From positions 180,001 to 212,000 of the forward strand of contig NC_009033.1 in assembly GCF_000015945.1 (NCBI RefSeq): a DNA stretch of 32,000 nt, given 5' to 3'. The DNA is from Staphylothermus marinus F1. Lineage in GTDB: Archaea > Thermoproteota > Thermoprotei_A > Sulfolobales > Desulfurococcaceae. Of the stretch, positions 25,997 through 32,000 are shown in pieces. Each line of letters begins with the position of its first letter. Within the stretch, counting starts at the first letter, position 1. Under the pieces are notes generated by a model, which was not told the origin of the DNA, searched no databases, and saw nothing but the letters and a program-made list of their open reading frames with translations. The position numbers and the translations under genes were made by a program.

Positions 25997-26783
25997 CATT
26001 GTTGAGGGGGCTGCATATTTCTCCTGAGAATTTTTGCTTACCCAATCTTATAGCAGTATCTACTAAGCCTATCTTCTTCTCTAAAGTAAAAACAACGCTT
26101 AAAATAGATTCCTCACCTCTCAATAGCTTTGTACAAGCCCTTGTATGACCATCTATAACATAGTATTCTTTATTATAGTTATATACAAGGATTGGCTCCT
26201 CAACTATTTTCCTAGATGGAGGAGGGACTATTTTCTGTGTTGTAATAAGTTCTCTTATGACGAGCTTATCTTTCCAAATATATGCTATTCCACCATGTTT
26301 CTTTTCAATAAAATGTATTATGTTAACCATGTGTCTCCAAGTATTGAGCCATGAACTAATTTTTTCTAATGGATTAAATAATTCTATTTCCCATATTGGA
26401 ATAGATACTCTAGGCTTATAACCTGGAATATTAAGTATTAGAGACTTAACTCTTCTCCTCAGCCAAAGCATTACTCTGGCACGATGATGACCGTCTATTA
26501 TATAGTATCTCGACATACTGCCTCTAATAACTATGATTGGAGAATCGTATCCGTGGAATAATACTTCTTTAAGAACTAAGCCCATTTTATCTGATTCAAG
26601 GTATTTCTGAGTAGAATATAATGTAATTGGATCCAGTGTTTTCTCGCCGATATACTGTATAGTTTTATACTTGTCTTTTAGGATCCAAATTATTTCTCTT
26701 AGTCTTCTCTCAACATCTCTTCTACTAGATAACCTTAATCTTTTAGGGAGAAAATCTTTTTCTTTCATGCTCCACATCATCAT
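25989..26783 (-). CDS. Protein with two ParB/sulfiredoxin-fold (ParB-like nuclease) domains
   Basis: The ParBc core motif occurs twice: SPIIVIRGSMSRYYIIDGHHRARV and EPILVYNYNKEYYVIDGHTRACT (..DGHHR.. pattern). The gene lies 66 nt downstream of taw1 on the same strand. Its 3' end overlaps the convergent wHTH gene by 8 nt. Confidence 0.55.
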   Translation of the reverse strand: MMMWSMKEKDFLPKRLRLSSRRDVERRLREIIWILKDKYKTIQYIGEKTLDPITLYSTQKYLESDKMGLVLKEVLFHGYDSPIIVIRGSMSRYYIIDGHHRARVMLWLRRRVKSLILNIPGYKPRVSIPIWEIELFNPLEKISSWLNTWRHMVNIIHFIEKKHGGIAYIWKDKLVIRELITTQKIVPPPSRKIVEEPILVYNYNKEYYVIDGHTRACTKLLRGEESILSVVFTLEKKIGLVDTAIRLGKQKFSGEICSPLNNAT

Positions 26784-26849
26784 AAATACTGTATGTCAAA
26801 AGCATTCTTTATAATTAAATCTTCTAGGACTAGTTATTCCTTTTATATC

Positions 26850-27944
26850 TTAAGATTTCATTTCTTCGTATTCATGTGTTATTACCCATGCATATTTTTC
26901 TGGGTGTTTCACTCCGTCGGGACAACCTTTTCCATGCCTAATTGGTTCCTTGATCCTGCTAAGTAATACTATTCTACTGGGGATGCTCTCGCTTAGAACC
27001 ATATACCCGGTGAGATCAGCGAGTTTTTTAGCTATTTCTCTTACATATTCGTGTGAAGGCATATTAGCTGGTGTTAGTCTTCCTCTACTATAACCAATGA
27101 ACATATAGGCTTTAACTTCTACATATGTTGGATTACCTTTTTCAATTAGTTTTGCGAATCCCTTCAATGCCTCTTCGGAATCATTAAATCCTTTAATGAG
27201 GGTTATACGGTAGACTGTGGGTGATTTAAAGCTGGGGAATAAATCTATTGTTTCCATTACAAGTTCCCATGCTCGGGGAACTATTGGTCGATTGAACTCC
27301 ATGAATTTCTGTTTGTTCCATGCTTCCAAGCTTAAATATAGCTGGGAAGGTTCTTCTTCTAGCCCAGCTAGGATATCTGGTCTCACACCATGAGTTACGA
27401 GGAATGTTGTCATGCCTCTTTTATGATATTCTTTGATCAGTTCGCCAAGCCTTGGATACAGTGTTGGTTCTCCTGTTAAACTAATTGCAACATGTTTTGG
27501 ATTCATTGCCTCCTCAACCATTAAAGGATCAGCTTTTGGATTGCCCTTAAACCCAGCTACTATTTGTCTATGCACCCTTATGCTTTCCTCGGCAATAATT
27601 TCCGGATCATCTATTACTGGGATCCTCGTTTCATCCCAATGCATACCAATATCTTCAGGCTGTATTCTCCAGCAATGACGGCATCTAAGCCAACACCATG
27701 CTGCAACCGGGGACATTTGTATACATCTATGGCTCTCTATACCGTACCATAAACATTTATAGCAGAACCTCCTGTTTACTAATGCTTCACGTGTCCAATG
27801 GCAACGCTTAACAACACCAATAGTGCCTATAAAATGATATCCCTGTTTCTTCATATGTTCATATATCGCTTTATACACTGGGCTACTATTCCAGAACTCC
27901 TCTCTTTTCCTCCTAACCTCCTCCCAATCAATACTTCTCTGCAT
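26850..27944 (-). CDS. taw1: tRNA 4-demethylwyosine synthase (radical SAM, Taw1/TYW1)
   Basis: It has the radical-SAM motif CWLRCRHCW plus upstream Cys residues for the second cluster (CHWT, CYKC). Motifs ISLTGEPTLYP and VEVKAYMFIGYSR match the TYW1 family pattern. The 364-aa size is typical. Confidence 0.85.
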   Translation of the reverse strand: MQRSIDWEEVRRKREEFWNSSPVYKAIYEHMKKQGYHFIGTIGVVKRCHWTREALVNRRFCYKCLWYGIESHRCIQMSPVAAWCWLRCRHCWRIQPEDIGMHWDETRIPVIDDPEIIAEESIRVHRQIVAGFKGNPKADPLMVEEAMNPKHVAISLTGEPTLYPRLGELIKEYHKRGMTTFLVTHGVRPDILAGLEEEPSQLYLSLEAWNKQKFMEFNRPIVPRAWELVMETIDLFPSFKSPTVYRITLIKGFNDSEEALKGFAKLIEKGNPTYVEVKAYMFIGYSRGRLTPANMPSHEYVREIAKKLADLTGYMVLSESIPSRIVLLSRIKEPIRHGKGCPDGVKHPEKYAWVITHEYEEMKS

Positions 27945-28080
27945 AAAATAAAATCACCTCTCCTATTAGAATTCATTTAAATAACTTAATATAGGAAGCG
28001 GTTTATTCTAATAGTAAAATAAAGATAGTATCCAAAAGGCATCTATACATAAGCAGTAAATATTGGAGGATTATTATAAA

Positions 28081-28800
28081 ATGTTCATTGACCCTCGAAG
28101 AACTATTATAAGTTTCGATATGGCATGCACTCTTTTCTGGGAGCCCGGATGTAAGCCTGATTATCATAGCAGAGTAGAAATCTTTAAGAAAATCACGGAG
28201 ATTACCAGGTCTAGAGGATACATGGTGAAATATGAGGATAATCTTTATGAGCTTTACGGGAGGTTGTGGAGAGAGACCCGGAGGAAAGGGCCGAGGAGAG
28301 AGCTTTGGCATAAATATGTATTAGCTAAAATGCTTTACAGACTCGGGGCGGAAATAGATCATGTGTTTTTAGAAGAAATATATAATTACTACATAGATGA
28401 ATCAGCAAAGCTTTTCACTATACTTCCTCCGCATAAATATTTGCTTCAATACCTTAGAGGTAAGGGTTACAGGTTAATCTTAACAACTGCTACCGGCGCT
28501 CATGATTTACCATTAAAAATACTTAGAAACAATAATGTATCACATTATTTCTCCATGGTTTTCAGCACTCAACTCATAGGCATACCTAAATCAGATCACA
28601 GATTCTATGAGGAAATAGTTGATGTTTTAGGGGTTGATCCTGGAAAAATAATACATATAGGAGACTCTTTAGAACATGATGTATATGCGGCGAGGAAAGC
28701 AGGTTTAAAAACTATATATTATGGTTGGAGAACTCAGTGCAGAGCCAGCGATCCACAGCCTTGCATCACTGATCTACTAGATCTTCTTCACCTACTATAA
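28081..28800 (+). CDS. HAD-superfamily hydrolase (subfamily IA-like) with atypical motif I
   Basis: Motif I is ISFDMACTLF (DxAxT rather than DxDxT; the second Asp is absent, as in phosphonatase or dehalogenase-type members). Motif II is LILTTAT. Motifs III/IV are K..HIGDSLEHDVYAARKAGL. The preferred start is ATG 28081; the track's TTG 28063 is in the same frame. Confidence 0.7.
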   Translation: MFIDPRRTIISFDMACTLFWEPGCKPDYHSRVEIFKKITEITRSRGYMVKYEDNLYELYGRLWRETRRKGPRRELWHKYVLAKMLYRLGAEIDHVFLEEIYNYYIDESAKLFTILPPHKYLLQYLRGKGYRLILTTATGAHDLPLKILRNNNVSHYFSMVFSTQLIGIPKSDHRFYEEIVDVLGVDPGKIIHIGDSLEHDVYAARKAGLKTIYYGWRTQCRASDPQPCITDLLDLLHLL

Positions 28801-29333
28801 GTCCCCATTAATACTCCATAACCTATAATCTTACCCTTAACAGCTTCTAATACATCAGAAGGTCTAGCACCAGCCGTAAGCCCTGTTTCCTCTCTAAGAG
28901 CTAATACGAGGAAATAGTATCGATGTCTTCCATGACCTCTCGGCGGACATGGACCTCCATAACCCACTCTGCCAAAATCATTTATTCCCTGAACACCATG
29001 CTCTGTCTCATCCTCCTTAGGAATATTCTCTGGTAACTCCTTAGTGTTAGGAGATATATCATATAGTAGCCAGTGATAAAATATTCCTACTGGAGCATCG
29101 GGATCATACATAATTAAAGCTAATTCAGCAGTATTATCCGGTGTGTTCTCAAATCTTAGAGGCGGTGAAACATCTTCTCCCTCACACGTGTATTTCCTAG
29201 GTATACGCTCACCATGCTTAAATACTGGACTAGAGACCTCAATAACTTGTTCTGCTTCATTCTTAGCTATCTCTAAGGGATTCTTTTTTCTTCTAAGAAA
29301 GATCATGGTATCACCACTCAATAATGTATACAA
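28788..29333 (-). CDS. PEBP-family protein (YbhB/YbcL-type phosphatidylethanolamine-binding/kinase-inhibitor fold)
   Basis: Motifs seen are YDPDAP, HWLLYDI and GYGGPCPPRGHGRHRYYF. The alternative start ATG 29306 (MIFLRRKK..) is equally plausible. The 3' end overlaps the convergent HAD gene by 13 nt. Confidence 0.8.
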   Translation of the reverse strand: MYTLLSGDTMIFLRRKKNPLEIAKNEAEQVIEVSSPVFKHGERIPRKYTCEGEDVSPPLRFENTPDNTAELALIMYDPDAPVGIFYHWLLYDISPNTKELPENIPKEDETEHGVQGINDFGRVGYGGPCPPRGHGRHRYYFLVLALREETGLTAGARPSDVLEAVKGKIIGYGVLMGTYSR

Positions 29334-29423
29334 TAATATATTTGTTCATAATTGAATTTTACATTTACTCTCAATAATATCGTTAGTAATTTAGTATTTA
29401 ACCCATACAAAACATATATAATG

Positions 29424-29505
29424 GGAGAAATGATGAGCGAACCCGTGTCGGAGCCCGTCCTCACCATCCATTGGGCAGTGAAGATGGTCGGCGTTACTGA
29501 TAAAT
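29424..29505 (+). ncRNA. Candidate archaeal box C/D sRNA (2'-O-methylation guide)
   Basis: The boxes are C ATGATGA (29430-29436), D'-like CGGA (29449-29452), C'-like GTGAAGA (29478-29484) and D CTGA (29497-29500). A 12-nt spacer, GCGAACCCGTGT, lies between C and D'. A second exact 12-nt spacer, TGGTCGGCGTTA, lies between C' and D. The candidate sits in a ~200-bp divergent intergenic region. I counted ~62% G+C over 29437-29496 against AT-rich flanks. A TATTTAA element (29395-29401) is placed ~26 nt before the predicted 5' end. The weakness is a long 25-nt D'-C' spacer with no obvious terminal stem. Confidence 0.55.
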
Positions 29506-29535
29506 AACCATTGAATAAATTATTGGGTGCGCAGT

Positions 29536-32000
29536 TTGGTTAAGGCAATAATTATGGCTGGCGGAGAAGGTACCCGTCTCAGACCACTAACTGTTAATAG
29601 GCCAAAGCCTCTGGTTCCACTAGTTAATAAGCCCTTAATGGAACACGTTGTTCACCTGTTAAAGAGCAAAGGTTTTAAGGATATTGGTGTCACTCTTCAC
29701 TATTTACCAAATACTATAATGAGATATTTTGGAGACGGTTCAGAGTTTGGTGTTAGAATATATTATAGTATTGAGGAAAAACCTTTAGGTACTGCTGGAG
29801 GTGTAAGATTCCTAGCAGATAAATATGATTGGGATGAAACAATAATTGTTATCAGCGGAGACGTTTTCACAAACATTGATCTTGAAAAAATGCTTGAATA
29901 CCATAGGAGGAAAGGATCAATTTTTACAATGGCCGTGAGGAAAACAGATGATCCTACTAAATATGGTATAGCATTATTAGATGAAGAAGGCAGAGTTAGG
30001 AGATTCCTTGAAAAACCTAGTTGGTCCGAGGTATTTAGTGATTTAATCAATATGGGTATTTATATTTTAGAGCCTGAAGCACTAGAAATGATACCTTCAA
30101 ACGAAGAATATGATTTTGCTAAGAATTTGATTCCTAAACTGTTAAGATTTGATAAGCCAGTATATGGGTGGAGAGCTGATAATTATTATTGGAGCGATAT
30201 TGGAAGCATAAACCAGTATAAGGAAACACATAACGATATATTATCTGGCAAAGTAGGAATTGATACGAGTATGTTAGGTTTAGAAGTTGCTAAAGGAGTG
30301 TATGTTGGCGAGAACACTAGTATAGATGATATTGATAATATTATTCCACCCGTTGTCATAGGGAAGGATACGAGAATAAAGAAAAACACTATTATAGGGC
30401 CTTTCACGGTTATAGGTTCAAACAATATTATAGAAAATGGGGTAAGAATAGAGAAATCAATTATATGGGATCATAGCTATGTTGGTCCCGCAACAACAAT
30501 AATTGACTCAATAATATGTAATAATGTACATATAAGCGATCACGTCGCCGTCATGGAGGGAGCAGTAATAGGTGATGATACAAGGATAGGTAGAGGATCA
30601 ATTATAAGGCCTAATATTAAGATCTGGCCTTCAAAAGTAATTGATCCATATACGATTGTATCAATAAATATTAAATGGGGAATTAGATGGTATGAAACAC
30701 TAATAGAGCCGTGGGGAATAACCGGTTTATTAAACATAGAAATAACTCCTGAATTAGCAACCAGAATAGGTTCTGCTTTTGGATCATCTCTTCCTAGGAG
30801 CAGCTCGGTGGTTGTTGCAAGAGATACATATGCTAGTAGTAGAGTAGTAAAACACAGCATTATAGCAGGGCTAATGAGCTCTGGAATAAACATATACGAT
30901 CTCGAAGTATCACCGCTTCCAGTATTAACATATTATATTAAGAAGAAAAAACTTAGAGGGGGAATACATGTTAGCTCACTAGTATATGATCCGTTGAGAA
31001 TACGTATTAAAATATTTGATCATACAGGTAAGTTCATAAATAGATCACAGGCTAAGAAAATAGAAAATATATTCTTCAAGGAAGCATTTAGAAAGGTTCT
31101 CGGAGACCAAGTAGGAGATCTTTACCCAACAATAGATCATATAGACCAATATATTTCAGACATATCAAAACATGTATCGCTCGAAAACATACGCAGACAG
31201 AGACGGGTCCTAATAGACTGCAACTATGGCTCAGCAGGTAGTTTATGGCCGAAACTAGTGAGAGAGCTGGGACTAACTGTTTACCAAGTAAACTGTAATG
31301 AACAATCTCCAATAATGCCTCCTCGAGAACCATTTATACATGCAAGTGTTGATTCAGCAATAAAAATCATCCCTCTCCTAGGCTTATCTGCTGGGTTCAT
31401 TTATGATAGTGATGCAGATAAGCTAATCGTAATTACTGATTCCGGAAAAGTTGTTTCAGGAGATCAGCTCATAGCCTTGGTAGCAAAAATATTATTGGAA
31501 ACGCATGGAAAAGGAAAAATAGTTATTCCGCATAATTCTTCAAAAGTAGTCATAGATACTATTAGAGAATACGGTGGAGAAATTATATTTGCAGAACAAG
31601 GATTAATGGGTTTATCAGAAAATATCAATGAAAATATTTTAATGGCCGCAGATGAGCGTGGAGGAATAATTTATCCATGGCTACATTACGGCTCAGATGC
31701 AATATTTACATCGCTTCTAATACTAGAATACCTTGGATCAACAGGTTATAATCTAAGCACACTTCTCGAACAACTGCCAAGGACAGCCGTGATAAAGAAA
31801 ACACTAGTTATCCCCTATGCTCAGAGAGGAAGATTCATGCGCATGATATATGAAGAATTAAGAGAAAAAGAAATAGATACACTAGATGGGATTAAGATTA
31901 TCGAGGAAAATCTTGGATCAGGATATATCAGACCATTACCTAATGAGCCTTTAATAGAAATAACCGCGGAATCAGATAATCAGGAAAGAGCGGAAAAACT
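29536..32000 (+). CDS. Sugar-phosphate nucleotidyltransferase / left-handed beta-helix / phosphohexomutase-like fusion protein (3' end beyond the window)
   Basis: I translated this by hand, and it stays open to base 32000 in the frame of ATG 29554. The ORF track omits it because there is no stop. The N-terminus KAIIMAGGEGTRLRPLTVNRPKPLVP is the NTP-transferase G-loop, so the start is probably TTG 29536 or GTG 29527 rather than ATG 29554. Hexapeptide repeats follow (..IGENTSIDD..IGKDTRIKKNTIIGPFTVIGSNNIIENGVRIEKSII..). Then come PGM/PMM-like domains with the metal loop FIYDSDADKL. The four minus-strand track ORFs between 29763 and 31333 are shadows of this gene. Confidence 0.8.
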   Translation, partial: MVKAIIMAGGEGTRLRPLTVNRPKPLVPLVNKPLMEHVVHLLKSKGFKDIGVTLHYLPNTIMRYFGDGSEFGVRIYYSIEEKPLGTAGGVRFLADKYDWDETIIVISGDVFTNIDLEKMLEYHRRKGSIFTMAVRKTDDPTKYGIALLDEEGRVRRFLEKPSWSEVFSDLINMGIYILEPEALEMIPSNEEYDFAKNLIPKLLRFDKPVYGWRADNYYWSDIGSINQYKETHNDILSGKVGIDTSMLGLEVAKGVYVGENTSIDDIDNIIPPVVIGKDTRIKKNTIIGPFTVIGSNNIIENGVRIEKSIIWDHSYVGPATTIIDSIICNNVHISDHVAVMEGAVIGDDTRIGRGSIIRPNIKIWPSKVIDPYTIVSINIKWGIRWYETLIEPWGITGLLNIEITPELATRIGSAFGSSLPRSSSVVVARDTYASSRVVKHSIIAGLMSSGINIYDLEVSPLPVLTYYIKKKKLRGGIHVSSLVYDPLRIRIKIFDHTGKFINRSQAKKIENIFFKEAFRKVLGDQVGDLYPTIDHIDQYISDISKHVSLENIRRQRRVLIDCNYGSAGSLWPKLVRELGLTVYQVNCNEQSPIMPPREPFIHASVDSAIKIIPLLGLSAGFIYDSDADKLIVITDSGKVVSGDQLIALVAKILLETHGKGKIVIPHNSSKVVIDTIREYGGEIIFAEQGLMGLSENINENILMAADERGGIIYPWLHYGSDAIFTSLLILEYLGSTGYNLSTLLEQLPRTAVIKKTLVIPYAQRGRFMRMIYEELREKEIDTLDGIKIIEENLGSGYIRPLPNEPLIEITAESDNQERAEK

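Noticed and set aside
28003-28311. 102-aa minus-strand ORF overlapping the start of the HAD hydrolase gene
   Set aside because: It overlaps the HAD motif I region antisense. It is proline and serine-rich with no motif, whereas the plus-strand gene carries all the HAD motifs.
29763-31333. Four minus-strand ORFs (29763-30050, 30186-30425, 30540-30893, 31088-31333), the only track entries in this region
   Set aside because: The plus strand carries one continuous, motif-rich reading frame from ~29536 to the window end (nucleotidyltransferase/LbH/PMM-like). The track omits it only because it has no stop codon. The minus-strand ORFs are its shadows.
1-32000. Search for CRISPR arrays, tRNA/rRNA genes, integrases/transposases, terminal inverted repeats, inteins or toxin-antitoxin/defence cassettes
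   Set aside because: None was found by eye. There are no regularly spaced direct repeats and no cloverleaf-compatible GC-rich segments. No recombinase or nuclease-helicase defence signatures were seen. All large proteins are collinear with their families, without intein-like insertions. The window looks like core chromosome rather than an accessory island.

Overview
The window is AT-rich (about one-third G+C by eye) and gene-dense. It has short or overlapping gene junctions, TATA-like elements close to start codons and many GTG/TTG starts. The gene content points to chromosomal core DNA of a hyperthermophilic crenarchaeon, possibly Desulfurococcales-like; this is inference only, as no search was run. 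I saw no rRNA, tRNA, CRISPR array, integrase, transposase or other mobile element.

Gene content, left to right:
- hypD (5'-truncated by the window edge), a tandem-USP gene, an ArsB/NhaD-type permease and upp
- an orphan 318-aa gene, then hypA with an Mrp/MinD ATPase-type hypB, and hmgA
- a 1174-aa sequon-rich surface protein, a Thi4-like Rossmann protein, aglH and xpf
- glnA, divergent from an Lrp regulator plus a threonine-synthase-like gene
- an ECF transporter (S, fused A-A, T)
- two coupled radical-SAM genes divergent from split lplA/lplB plus an orphan ORF
- a DtxR-like repressor with a protein disulfide oxidoreductase
- a wHTH/coiled-coil protein, a tandem ParB/Srx protein, taw1, a HAD hydrolase and a PEBP protein
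- a C/D box sRNA candidate
- a 3'-truncated nucleotidyltransferase/LbH/phosphomannomutase-like fusion that the ORF track omits because it has no stop in the window

Most interesting observations:
1. The ThrC-like protein has its Schiff-base lysine replaced by arginine and carries an extra C-terminal winged helix. It may be an enzyme-derived regulator.
2. The gene set looks like the LipS1/LipS2 + LplAB lipoate-assembly route, with a tightly coupled unknown ORF and no acceptor protein nearby.
3. The disulfide oxidoreductase has a His-rich insert abutting its first CxxC and is co-oriented with a metal-dependent repressor.
4. Three GC-rich intergenic islands are candidate small RNAs. One contains a 16-nt identity to a universal archaeal 16S rRNA segment.

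All family calls come from motifs read by eye in the translations. No database result is claimed.
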